From Ostrea edulis (Eukaryota), in assembly GCF_947568905.1 (NCBI RefSeq), contig NC_079171.1, positions 25,172,001-25,236,000 on the forward strand: a stretch of 64,000 nt of DNA, read 5' to 3'. The translations under genes were made by a program, and so were the position numbers. Below, in pieces: positions 1-10,914 of this stretch (the first letter of the stretch is position 1; every line of letters starts with the position of its first letter). The notes under the pieces were generated by a model. The model had not been told where the DNA came from, ran no database searches, and saw only the letters and a program-made list of their open reading frames with translations.

Positions 1-905
1 TCATTCATAGGTGTGGAACATAAATTTGCCAATGTCGATAAAGGAACAAATGTTTCACTAGACTGCATAGATGTTTGCACAGTTGACGTGAATGCACTAT
101 CAGTGAATTGCACACGAGGTCGCACAGCTGATGTGAACGTGCTATCAGTGGACTGTACAGGCGGTTGCACAGCGGATGTCAAAGTACTTGTAATTGCTTG
201 CACAGGTGGCTGAACAGAAGTGTTAGTGGAATTCACAAAATGTTGTTGAATAAATTCACTTGTCCTTGCTTGTCGAGCTTCAGTAATAGATTCTGTTTCT
301 ATATCATCTAACTGTTCTGCATTTTCCATCACATTCAGTGCTGATTGTAAGGCTTCGGTTTCTTGTTGGATTTCAAGTAGACTGATTTCCGCTTCCAATG
401 CTGCCTTTTGGGTCATAATGGCAGCTTGTTTCTCGACGTATTTCATTTTCACTTTCGCAGCCTCAAGTGCAGCTCTTTTCTGAATAATCGCAGACTGAGT
501 AGATGAAAGGATTGATCGGCCTGATCCAGATTTAACGCTTTGTCTGTCACAGCTAGGATCTTTTGTTGCAACTTGTGTGCGTTGAGTGAGAACCTCGGTA
601 ACAGCCCTCGTTACATTATCTCTTAATTTCAAATGTGAAATCCTTTCTGTTTCGCTTTCAACTGATCTGTGTTTTACAAGAAAGTCAACATAATGATCTG
701 AAAGTCTTTTAAAATCACCACTAGCTTGTTTTATCTGCTTATGTACCATCTCTGCATCCGATATTTCTGGATATTCCTGAAGAGTGGATATTAGGACATC
801 AATTTCCTTTTGAATATGTTTTATTTCCCGATCATATTTCCTGCATCTGTCCATGAACAACTCGGCTCCAGCCTCTGTGAGTTTCCTTTCCCGTTCCATA
901 GCCAT
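1..905 (-). mobile_element. BEL/Pao LTR-retrotransposon gag N-terminus (partial, runs off window)
   Basis: Hand translation from ATG at 905 (MAMERERKLTEAGAELF...) stays open to the window edge. It contains a Ser-rich tract followed by SAIIQKRAALEAAKVKMKYVEKQAAIMTQKAALEAEISLL, the coiled-coil pattern typical of BEL/Pao Gag. Confidence 0.6.
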
Positions 906-926
906 GTCGAAGTTATTTTACTATTC

Positions 927-1817
927 TGTCACAAGAAAGACGATGTATGTTTCTTTACTTTTAATGGCAGAGAGACAACCTCCAGGGAGGGTAAAATACT
1001 GTAAACAAAAATAAGATCCTATTACAACAGGTTCTGCACAAAAGATAAGTGGCATGGTTTATAATAAACATGTAATATGTTATTCAGAACATATCTACAC
1101 ATTTCATGCTAAAGATATCAAATTTCAGTAAATCAAGAATAACATGCACCAAAAGCTTTACAAAGTTATCAAAAATCTTGAATTCTAAATACACACACTA
1201 GAAGACTTATAAAATATTGATACTGATATGTGAAAACTTAAATGTAATCATCACAACCTTTGAGAAAAAATTTAAACTGTGAGCAATTTACACAGAGCGA
1301 TTTACATATCGAACACGTGAAAGGTCAATATATAGTACGTTCAGAAAATAAGCGAGCGTGCCCCATTTACACAGAAAGAAATAATAACAGCAATGAATAA
1401 CATCATTAAAGATCTATCAGAGATAAGATAACCATGAAATATCAATTAATCAAATTTAGACAATATAAACTACCTGCATGTCACGATATACTGGCTGCTT
1501 ATCACATCGGGGTCAACAAGTGTACAATAACAAATATGCGTATGCATTCTTAATATGACTTGCATTTAACATAAAAGTTAATAAAGAGATTAAAAACTTA
1601 CACTTTGGTGCCATGAAGTTGTGGAAAGTTGGAAGTCAAAATGCATGAGTACGGGTACCATGCCGTGAACGTGCTGGGAGCTTTTTGTAACATACAAAAC
1701 AAAACCAATCCCGGACAAATATAAAAAAAAAAATCCGGAATCCAGCACAGATCTCCTTAAACTCTTGATTTGTTGAATATCTCCATGGAATATGTAAGAA
1801 AAAATCCTTCTATGACA
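927..1817 (-). repeat. Putative 5' LTR of the BEL/Pao element
   Basis: Non-coding stretch just upstream of gag with inverted termini TGTCA(927)...TGACA(1817). The partner LTR is outside the window. Confidence 0.4.
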
Positions 1818-1829
1818 GCATTGTAATTG

Positions 1830-2036
1830 TGGTGATCCGGGTTAGAATAGGTCCTCAGTACCCCCTTGCTTATCGTAGGAGGCGACTAAATGGGGCGGTC
1901 CTTCGGATGAGACCGCAAAAAACCGAGATCCCGTGTCAGAATGTGTGGCACGATAAAGATCCCTTCCTGCTCAATGGCCAGAAACGCCAAGCATAGGCCT
2001 AAAAATTTTGAAGCCCTTCACCGGCAGTGGTGACGA
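1830..2036 (+). mobile_element. SINE fragment resembling an abundant oyster/bivalve (MetaSINE-like) repeat
   Basis: Sequence AATAGGTCCTCAGTACCCCCTTGCTTATCGTAGGAGGCGACTAAATGGGGCGGTCCTTCGGATGAGACCGC... recognised from recall only, not from a search. Confidence 0.55.
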
Positions 2037-2860
2037 TATTCAATCCAACACATCCTTTTGCAGGGTCAGTCACACAACAACAATACTTGTTTAACTTCAA
2101 TGTTAAACTTTCCACGAGGAGAAACCTGCTTCATTATGCAAATTTTAATGGTTATAAGGGAGAGGGCATGTCCTCTATGTTAACTGCATCATGCTGTGTA
2201 CAATATTGCTTTATATATTACATGTGAAGTTGCTGCCCTCCATTTAACCCTTCGTAGTTGCTAATTGTTTGGATTATTGTGTATTTTGCGCAGTTTTTGT
2301 GTAAAGCTCGTGTTATTGAGGCGCTTGTGTGTGTTAGTTGTGTTGGTTGTGTTACTTTGTGTCAGTTTTGTGTTACTCTGTGTCAGTTTTGTGTTAGCTG
2401 TTGCTCGAACCATTCGCATGTCCTATGTCGAGTGTTTGTTTTTTACCCAAATTATTCGGCTGCATCAGACATTTGTTTAAAAACAGTCTGAGTTTTTTTT
2501 AAGGCGGTTATTCGATCGCAAGATAGTTTTGCGTTGGTGATAAAAATTTCCCAAGTTTTAAATCCAAGTTTGCTGCGTAATCCATTTGTGTTGTTATATA
2601 TTGTTTCCGACTGCACTCAGTCATGATTGCCAGTTTGATACTCCTTTGGCATGTTTAAATCCTGTTGGTTGTTTTTTTTACCCATTTGATAACTAATGTC
2701 GTGAGTTTAGTTTTCATTTTTTTTATATAATGATAACATGTTTTACATACAAAGTTACATACATATATATACATACAGTGTTATACGATATAAAACGAAT
2801 ACAAAAATGTGAGATGGCACACGTTTGAAAGAAAGTCTTGGCTTCATTTGGCAAAGTATA

Positions 2861-3889
2861 TTATGATGGGTTAAATCCCCTCATTCTAAGACACAAATTC
2901 AGTGTCTGCATGTCCAGTTTGAACTGTTCGATTTCGCGATCCACCTCCGCTCCCCAGTCTTCACTCATGCTACAGCGGCGAATGGTGACTCCCGCGTCCC
3001 AGTCGATAACTTCTGGTTGTTGTTGCGATTGGGGTTCTACATCCCAGTCTTCGATTGGGGTATCGAGATCATTGGAATCTTCGGCGGATTCGTCGCACAT
3101 GGCAACCTGTTTGTACGCGTTCGCCAGTTCGGCAACTTGTTCACATAAAATTTCCTCGTCCCAATCTTCCCCGGCTGCGTTGTATGGGTCCTCGTAATAC
3201 ATTTCCTTGGGTTCTTCCATGTTGGGCCCCAGTGGGTAACTGTCCGTAAATCCGTTACGGATCTCTTTCCGTTCAAACTCTTCACATGCGAGTTCCTCGT
3301 CCCAGTCTTCTCCGGATGACTGGTATGGGTCCTCGTAATACATTTCCTTGGGTTCTTCCACGTTGGGTCCCAGTGGGTAGACGTCCGTAAATCCGTTACG
3401 ATGTTTAGCATTTTCGGATTCAATGTTCATTTTACGGATTTCTTCCAGTTCAAACTCTTCACATGCGATCTGATCGTCCCAGTCTTCTCCGGACGACAGG
3501 TATGGGTTCTCGTAATAAACTTCTTCTGGCGCTTCCACCCTGTGTCCCAATGGGTATCTATCGGTGAATCCCGTAGGCGTCCTAGTGCTAGTTGTAACAC
3601 TGCTAGCTCCCGTAAAGTTCTTAGTAACGGTGGTAGTACCACGAGATACCGTAGACTTCTTAGCCTTCTTAGACTTCTTAGAAGACTTACTGTTGGCGCT
3701 TGGCAATGTCGGCCAATCGTGCTCATTGGAATCAAACTGTTGCACATCCTCCGTATACCAATCATCCACGGTGGCGTTGTAATACATTTTGTGGTCTCGC
3801 TCCCACTCGGTGCTACTATCGTTTTCGAATGTTGCGTACATTCCATTAAACTCGTGACACTCCTTCTTAAGCAACATATTCATATCCAT
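2861..3889 (-). CDS. 342-aa acidic protein with 3 internal repeats (GFTDxYPLG...EDWD) and an LxCxE motif
   Basis: Long ORF with promoter palindrome about 130 bp upstream. N-terminus paralogous to 32679-33312. Confidence 0.8.
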   Translation of the reverse strand: MDMNMLLKKECHEFNGMYATFENDSSTEWERDHKMYYNATVDDWYTEDVQQFDSNEHDWPTLPSANSKSSKKSKKAKKSTVSRGTTTVTKNFTGASSVTTSTRTPTGFTDRYPLGHRVEAPEEVYYENPYLSSGEDWDDQIACEEFELEEIRKMNIESENAKHRNGFTDVYPLGPNVEEPKEMYYEDPYQSSGEDWDEELACEEFERKEIRNGFTDSYPLGPNMEEPKEMYYEDPYNAAGEDWDEEILCEQVAELANAYKQVAMCDESAEDSNDLDTPIEDWDVEPQSQQQPEVIDWDAGVTIRRCSMSEDWGAEVDREIEQFKLDMQTLNLCLRMRGFNPS

Positions 3890-4408
3890 GATTGTAGTAA
3901 TAAAAGATCCTGAAGCAATACTCTGTAGGTAAATGGTACTATTATGCTGGAAGGCAGAAGTTATGATTTTCTAATTAGACGAATGAAAGTATATATAGGT
4001 TTGCGGTCGGTGTTATGTCGAACGCGTTCAATTTTTTGGACCGGTGTTGGCGCGTCGTTGTTTGTTTGGCGATTGGAATCGTGACCAAATCGAGTTTTTT
4101 TAAGGTGCGATATCCCGCGTGGGTGTTTGATAAAAAAAATCTCCAAGTATAGAAGGCAAGTGTTGGTTTGTTATTTTCTGTGCCTGTAACAGAGCACGTT
4201 TTTTTTGGCGAATATCAATCCATTGTTTTGTGTGACAAGAATAAATCATTTGTTTTGGTTTGTAACAAGTTTTATTAAAGGATATTATGTTGCGTATGTA
4301 CGTACATTGTAAATACAACAGTTTTTATATAGCAAGTGGTATATAACAAAGATACATATATAAAATAGACATGTGTACACAGAATTTGAGTGTTTTTTTT
4401 GAAGTCGA

Positions 4409-4846
4409 TCATGCGTCCGCCACAGCCTCGCTTAACGATTGTTCTGCATCTGCGACCGTGTCCACTCTCACAGGTGGTTGTATGTCTGGCATCTCGATTA
4501 TTTCGAAGTGTTCTTGGTCTAGCCATTCTGAGTCTTGGTATCTGTCTTTATGTTCTGTGCATGCAGACTCGGGATTGGCGTTGTTCACGTATACGACTTC
4601 GAAGTCGGGCGAGAACGACAGTTCAGCACACTCATTCGGCGCGTAATTAGGTTTATCGAAGCCTTGCGCCAGTGGTCTCCATGTCGGTTGATACACGTCT
4701 GGAGAGTCGTTGTCATCATTACTATCGGATTCCTCCGCGTGCGGGTTGTATCTGACACTATGTCGGTCGTCTATGACCACCGGTTGTGCATTTTGTTTGG
4801 CGTATTCATGATCTATGTCAGTTTCTCCGATATTGTATGAATTCAT
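4409..4846 (-). CDS. 145-aa acidic hypothetical protein
   Basis: ORF with a truncated paralogue at 33830-33961. Confidence 0.7.
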   Translation of the reverse strand: MNSYNIGETDIDHEYAKQNAQPVVIDDRHSVRYNPHAEESDSNDDNDSPDVYQPTWRPLAQGFDKPNYAPNECAELSFSPDFEVVYVNNANPESACTEHKDRYQDSEWLDQEHFEIIEMPDIQPPVRVDTVADAEQSLSEAVADA

Positions 4847-5043
4847 CTTGGTTTGTGCTTTTTGTTGTTGTGATATAGATATATATATTGATCGATTGGT
4901 GTGGTCTGATAATAATAATATAAAGTACTTTCAGAGGTATATATATACAGTTTAATGCGAGAACTTGTTCGTTATTTCTATCTGGGGAGAAGTTTTGGCG
5001 TATATTGTGCCGTACTGGATAACCTCCGGAGGACAGTAAGTTG

Positions 5044-5231
5044 CGGTATATAATATATATATATTATTGGAGAGGCACGGAGGGCAACTCCGCAGTTAAA
5101 TAATCGAACGTGTTCTAGGCTGGGGGAAAACCCACTTTTGAAGAATCGAACGAGTTCGAGCTTTAGTAACAGCAGCTGTGGAGGGCCGCCCTCCGTGCCT
5201 CTCCAATAATATATATATATATATTACACCG
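5044..5231. repeat. Palindromic pair of origin-like repeat units (P1)
   Basis: About 40-bp inverted arms CGGT(AT)nTATTGGAGAGGCACGGAGGGC enclosing two TCGAAC palindromes and a GGGG-AAAA-CCC hairpin. Confidence 0.85.
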
Positions 5232-5904
5232 TTAGTTTATGGCCTCCACAGTAAATCGACCGGTTGTAGTTTTGGGGACGATTTTGATGTTAAACCTCAT
5301 GTTATTGAGGACCTGTGCATGGTTTTGTGCGTGTTGTGTGTAGTTGTCTAATACAATTTACAAGTATAGAACACAAGTATATGGTTGGCGTTTGATAAAT
5401 TTACAAGTATAGAACACAAGTATATGGTTGGCGATTGATGAAGTTTTTTTTACAAGTCCACGGTTGATGATATAAAAAAATTGCAAGTGTATAACACAAG
5501 TCCACGGTCAGTGTATGATTTGATGATTTGATGGTTTGATAAAGTTACAAGTATATATATAACACAACTACATGGTTAGCGGTTAGATTGAAGTCGCAAG
5601 AAAAACACCAGTCTAGCGTTCATGTTCTAAGTGCGTGTTTTAAATGGGTCAGGTATAACCCGACTAGATGGGTGGTTCAACTGAGTGCACTTTTGAGGTC
5701 AAAGGTCAAATTTTAGATAGCTCGTACTAGGACTGTGTCTGTCGTGCTATTTCGTAAACAAAATGGTAACAACCACAAAGTCGTGCACAAAAGAGATAGG
5801 GGATATTCTCTCCCGGATTTTTCTAAGTATGTGTTGGTGTTTTTGAAATAATATCGCAAGAAAACGTAAGTCCAGAGTTGGTAAGTAAAGTTTCGATAAA
5901 TAAC

Positions 5905-6585
5905 CAAGTTTAACCACCAAAAACTACACACAAAAACAGACAACTAGTGCCTTTCTAATGGATTTTTTCTAAGTATACGATGTACTGTGGAGGGCACATA
6001 GTGACGGTATATAATATATATATATTATTGGAGAGGCACGGAGGGCGGACCTCCACAGCTAAAAGATTGAACACGTTCGAGGCTGGGGATTCCCCGTTTC
6101 TTCGTTTGATAATGCTAAAGATATAGAACACAAGTCCAGGGTTGGTGTTTGATAAAGTTAAAAATATAGAACGCAAGTCCAGGGTTGGCGTTTGATAACG
6201 TTACAAGTTCGTGCTTGACGTTTGATAAAGTTTTAAAAATATAGAACACAAGTCCAAGGTTGGTGTTTTAAATTGAGACCACAGGAAACACAAGTTCGGG
6301 GTTGGGGTTCTAAGTGATATTATAAACAAACACGAGTTCACTTTTATATATGCTAAGTGCGTGCTTTAACGTTTACAACTATATATCCCAGTAAATTTTA
6401 AATAAAGACGAGTTTAACCACTAAAACTACACACAAAAACAGACAACTAGTGCCTTTCTAATGGATTTTTTCTAAGTATACGATGTACTGTGGAGGGCAC
6501 ATAGTGACGGTATATAATATATATATATTATTGGAGAGGCACGGAGGGTAACTCCGCAGTTAAAAAATCGAACGAGTCCGAGCTC
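5905..6585 (+). repeat. About 150-bp direct repeat carrying single origin-like units (6005-6080, 6508-6585) plus about 40-bp tandem repeats
   Basis: AACCACYAAAACTACACACAAAAACAGACAACTAGTGCC...GGCACGGAGGG occurs at about 5905 and about 6410. ATATAGAACRCAAGTCC units at 6120-6260. Confidence 0.8.
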
Positions 6586-6830
6586 GGGATGATCTTCGTA
6601 GCTCTATGTTTCCTTTTTATACAAACACTCGCTTACTGGAGTGAAACTTAGACCTTTTCTCAAAACCCAGTGTGTAATCCTATACACACACACCTCAACA
6701 ATAAGGAGTCATGTTTTTTTTAAGTTTCAAACATTTTATATAAAGCAATATCAAACAACATGAAATAAAATTTACAAGAACATATATACACACATCATAT
6801 AGCATTACAGAAATCAAATGTGACAAAAGT

Positions 6831-7270
6831 TTATCGTCGGGGTCCCAATACACGCCTCAATCTTAACCGCCGTACGGGGATTTCTGGTAAATTGTCATTA
6901 GCATTATCGGCTTCGGTATTTTCGACAACAGCAGGCACATTATCATTGTCAGTTTTGCTAACAGCATCATTGTCAGTTTTGCTAACCACATCAGTATCAG
7001 TTACAGTTTCGCTAACGACATCAGTTTCGGTTACAGTCTCGGCTGTCTCCTCGACATCCGGATTCATCGTCTCGGCCGTCCTAGTATATCGTATCGGACG
7101 ACCACGCCGACGACCGCCTGCTCCAACACGTCTCTTTCTGCGGGCAGGCGGGTTTGATTCTCCACCGATATACGTGAATGTACCATCGGGTTCCTCCCTC
7201 ACGATCACATTGTCTGAGTCGTTATCACTGCTGAGATCTCTGTAGGCGTTGGGGTCGCGCAGCTCGGCGT
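6831..7270 (-). pseudogene. 3' remnant of a paralogue of the 873-aa gene, cut at the inverted-repeat boundary
   Basis: LRDPNAYRDLSSD.DSDNV...RRGRPIRYTR...RRVLGPR matches the C-terminus of 35393-38014. Upstream sequence is the IR. Confidence 0.75.
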
Positions 7271-7293
7271 ACACATGAACATTGCACACACAA

Positions 7294-8286
7294 TTAAAAT
7301 AGTTCCTTGAAGGTTAGCGCCAACCGTCTGGCCTTCATTGATTTGGTAGCACTAACCTTCGATTTCGAAATGTTAGAGTGTGTGTACTTCGTCAGGGCTG
7401 AGTTTTGATGCTGTGGCGAGAACATCTCCGGCGAGCCACACACTCTCGTTGCCTGAATCACACGTTTAAGTTTATTGTCGTTGACCACGACTTTGGGTCC
7501 CGGTGTTCTTGCAGACTTCTTACCGCCCGTCGATTTCTCCGCCGTCGTCTTTAGTATCGCGTTATCCCTGCTGAGATTGTGTTTATTAATAAATTTCCCC
7601 AAGGTGTTGATGGCGGCGGATACCTCCGACAAATCCTTAAATTGCGCCCTGGACGCATCTATACAATTATCCAAGTCGGCCAGAATGGCCTTGATGCTAC
7701 CCAATCTACTGGATAGATCGTTTTCGATCTGTGTTGTACGGTCGTTCACTAACTCTTGCAGATGATTGACTTTAGTGTAATATACACTCTTGACGAAAAT
7801 GCTGCATTTGTCACCATATAAAAAATTGTTAAAAATGCACCACCTATTTCTAATGTGGTGATCAATGATGGGCAATGTCTCGTCCAGATATTTATCTTTG
7901 GGATTCGGTGTATCGATCGATATCCCACAGAAGAAGCACGTGGATTTGGAACAGCTGTTATCGTGGAATAATCCGGATGTTACAAGTTCGTCTATCACAT
8001 TAGCCTTCAATCCGCATCCAACATATGTCTCGCGCCTACGATCTTCGTGGGCGAAGAATTTGTGGGCCGAAGGATGAATGTATTCATGTTTCACACTATC
8101 TTCTGTCGTAATAACTTGGCGTACATTCCCATCAAACGTTAAGCTATAATCGTTTGCACTCTTCACAGTCTTACGGTCGTGCTGTCCCAATTTCACGGCA
8201 TCTGTCGATTTACCCCAAGGGTTCACACACTTAGAGTACGGCTTGGTCCGATTGTTGCCCAAAACTTTAGATTTCATCGCTGACAT
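7294..8286 (-). CDS. 330-aa protein with a divergent BIR-like zinc domain
   Basis: RRETY...LVTSGLF...CFFC-X22-H-X6-C (canonical BIR is CX2CX16HX6C). No RING. Confidence 0.75.
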   Translation of the reverse strand: MSAMKSKVLGNNRTKPYSKCVNPWGKSTDAVKLGQHDRKTVKSANDYSLTFDGNVRQVITTEDSVKHEYIHPSAHKFFAHEDRRRETYVGCGLKANVIDELVTSGLFHDNSCSKSTCFFCGISIDTPNPKDKYLDETLPIIDHHIRNRWCIFNNFLYGDKCSIFVKSVYYTKVNHLQELVNDRTTQIENDLSSRLGSIKAILADLDNCIDASRAQFKDLSEVSAAINTLGKFINKHNLSRDNAILKTTAEKSTGGKKSARTPGPKVVVNDNKLKRVIQATRVCGSPEMFSPQHQNSALTKYTHSNISKSKVSATKSMKARRLALTFKELF

Positions 8287-8435
8287 CGTGGTAAATGATT
8301 AAAAATGATACGATAATAATCTGTCTATAGTTATATTACATAAATCGCACAATACGTTGTGATAATATTATGCGCTACGGAGGATATATATAATCATTAT
8401 AAATCGAACACGTTCATTTTCTTTTACTTTCACTT

Positions 8436-10793
8436 TCACTTTCTCACTGTTGTCTTAATTCGTTTAGCTCTATCGGCCTTCTTCCGAGCATCAATACCTC
8501 GTTGTTTTATGACATGTCGAGCCTCTGCCAAATCTTCGGATACATGTCTAGCGAGTTGTGCAGCCGTAATCATAGTATATTTAAATTCTGGATCATTGTG
8601 ATGAGCTAAATTTTCCTCGTGGATCAGCTGATACCATTTAGCTTCGTTTAGTGCCATGATAGCAATAGCCATCGAACGATGCTTTAATGTTGCCTCACGA
8701 ATTTCGGGAGTATCACCGAACAATTTATCGAGAACATGGGTCATTAGCGAAGCTTTCTTCTGGCCGAGGTTACATAATGCACATGATTGCCGATCCCTTT
8801 GAGCCTCCTCGCGAAACTTGGCGCGCATACTGTTGCGGACTTCAGTAGACTTTCCGATATATCTTGATGGATTGTCGATACCATTTTTAAAACATTTGTC
8901 ACACAGGATCCAGAACTCATTTTTATCGCTGTTCTCGAAATATCTATCTAATACGGCATGTCTAGCACTGTTCGATGTTTCACCTATATCATGATTATCT
9001 AGAATCTGCCTAACCGCTTCTTTCTCAGCCTGGTTATCTATGCGTCTATTCGAGTTAGTATGTCTTGTGTAAAACTCGCTGAATGCCCACAACTCTGGCG
9101 GTTTGAACGGTAAGATTTGAGGTATCTTTATCGGTTTCGATGTTATTATGGCACTAGGCATATATGTACCAATACTTTTCCCCACTTCTTCCGGATCTGC
9201 TGTTTCGAAAAACTTTAACTTATTTGCCCACAGATCCTCGGTTAATCCGAAATTACTGAGGGCCTGACATTGGTACATTTGCGCCACTTGTTCCACTGTA
9301 GATATCGGTATTTTTTTGAACATCGATGTACGTTTGATTTTACTCAACCTTTTGTTGACGTACGCGATGCGTTCTGTGACATAATCATCACTCTTTTCAC
9401 TTTCATCGGCCGGTTCCGCAATGTGTAGAGATCTAAAATCGTCCGATACATCGGTTGCGACATCTATATCTGACAGTATACGATCTTGCACAAGGTTGTC
9501 ATTAGACGGACTCCCCCCTTCGAACATCATACTAGAGAAATCGTGATCGTGTAGATCCACGGTACCATGGTCGACTTGGGTAGGTGAATAACCGTTTCTG
9601 CTTTTAAGATCGCTCTCGTACAACGATCTTTGGGGAATGAACTCGATGTCTCCTATATCGACATTTGTCTCCTTCTGACCATTCTTCATTTCATAGTATT
9701 TTACTACTATTCTTTCCTGATCTAATTGGGCGGTTTTATTCGCTACCGACCGACTTCGTTTTCGTCCATCCCCAACACCAATCGCGACATCATCCTCTCG
9801 ATCTTCTTTAGTTTCCGCGAAGTGTTTGTTCACACTCCGAATTTGATCGTTCATCTGCTTCCACAGGTGTATGGTAGCTCCAGTTATGGAAGTTGTAACT
9901 ATTCTGATAGCGTGTGTGCTAATGACGTCTCGTCTTTCTGCCATTTCTTCTTCATTAAACTTAATGACCTTTATCAAAGTGTCACCAGTCACTCTCTTGG
10001 CAGCCGGATTCAATGGTATGGGTACGGCTACATATCGACCACGATCGTCCGGTCTCAACAACACATGTCCGTGTTCATCTAGTTCCGATATAGCTATCAA
10101 ATCCGCCATCATGTTAGCCAGGTATGAGATCGGAGGTGGCGAGTAGACTGTTTCACCTTTACTATTCAATAGCGTGGCGCTGAGCACCATCTGAGGAGAC
10201 AAGTATCTATCTGGATTATAAATTCCAGATACTACGTGCATGAATTCGAATAGTTTGTAATAGTTAAAGTGACCATAACCAGTAGCTCCTCTCGAAGTCT
10301 TCGGATACTTATGAAGCTTCATCATGTTGGTCACTATTCTAGTATACTGGTCGCCATTAAAGGCTTTCTTGGCACTTGCTACGGTAATCTGTTTAAAGAT
10401 ATCCCGTGGTATTTCCGATATACAAAAACCTTTCCTGAGGTTTGTTTCTAGTGGAATTCCAGAGAAGTTGTAGAAGGCTCTAAGTTTATGAGCTTCATCC
10501 ATATCTGGAGGACACACTCTCCTGTATCTGGTTTGTATACCTTCAGTATTAGCGATATGGTTGGCAACTTCATCGTACCCCAAGCGTTTAGCCATAGCTA
10601 CGCAGAAATGGGCATCATAATCAACTTTCATTTGATAACATCCGCCACACACCATAGCTTCACCATGACAGGCTGGTCGGATGAATATTTCGTCCGACTC
10701 ATTGTAGAACAGTAGCTTTTTATTCTTGGCGAAATATCGTTTGGCAGACATGATTATTTTGGTCGAAAATATCCTTACAACGACTGTGTTCAT
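8436..10793 (-). CDS. 785-aa hypothetical protein with Cys/His clusters
   Basis: Long ORF; CHGEAMVCGGC..HFC, LCDKC and CALC clusters. Confidence 0.85.
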   Translation of the reverse strand: MNTVVVRIFSTKIIMSAKRYFAKNKKLLFYNESDEIFIRPACHGEAMVCGGCYQMKVDYDAHFCVAMAKRLGYDEVANHIANTEGIQTRYRRVCPPDMDEAHKLRAFYNFSGIPLETNLRKGFCISEIPRDIFKQITVASAKKAFNGDQYTRIVTNMMKLHKYPKTSRGATGYGHFNYYKLFEFMHVVSGIYNPDRYLSPQMVLSATLLNSKGETVYSPPPISYLANMMADLIAISELDEHGHVLLRPDDRGRYVAVPIPLNPAAKRVTGDTLIKVIKFNEEEMAERRDVISTHAIRIVTTSITGATIHLWKQMNDQIRSVNKHFAETKEDREDDVAIGVGDGRKRSRSVANKTAQLDQERIVVKYYEMKNGQKETNVDIGDIEFIPQRSLYESDLKSRNGYSPTQVDHGTVDLHDHDFSSMMFEGGSPSNDNLVQDRILSDIDVATDVSDDFRSLHIAEPADESEKSDDYVTERIAYVNKRLSKIKRTSMFKKIPISTVEQVAQMYQCQALSNFGLTEDLWANKLKFFETADPEEVGKSIGTYMPSAIITSKPIKIPQILPFKPPELWAFSEFYTRHTNSNRRIDNQAEKEAVRQILDNHDIGETSNSARHAVLDRYFENSDKNEFWILCDKCFKNGIDNPSRYIGKSTEVRNSMRAKFREEAQRDRQSCALCNLGQKKASLMTHVLDKLFGDTPEIREATLKHRSMAIAIMALNEAKWYQLIHEENLAHHNDPEFKYTMITAAQLARHVSEDLAEARHVIKQRGIDARKKADRAKRIKTTVRK

Positions 10794-10914
10794 ATATTGA
10801 AAGTGATACTGTATTAATAATATAAAATCGGTTTATTACAAATAACATGTGTGCGGTATATAGTACAATTGACTACATAATACATTTTTGTTACAATTTG
10901 CATCAATGGTGATA

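Noticed and set aside
2245-2251. TAACCC at the junction as telomere-mediated integration
   Set aside because: Single hexamer; no telomeric array anywhere in the window.
2258-2491. Short hydrophobic/Cys ORFs at the junction
   Set aside because: Products of TGTG low-complexity repeats.
5217-5225. ATATATTAC as a CRESS origin nonanucleotide
   Set aside because: It does not fit NANTATTAC, is not in a hairpin loop and is absent from other units.
5044-6585. Repeat units as a CRISPR array
   Set aside because: They are dispersed, in mixed orientation and lack regular unique spacers; no cas genes.
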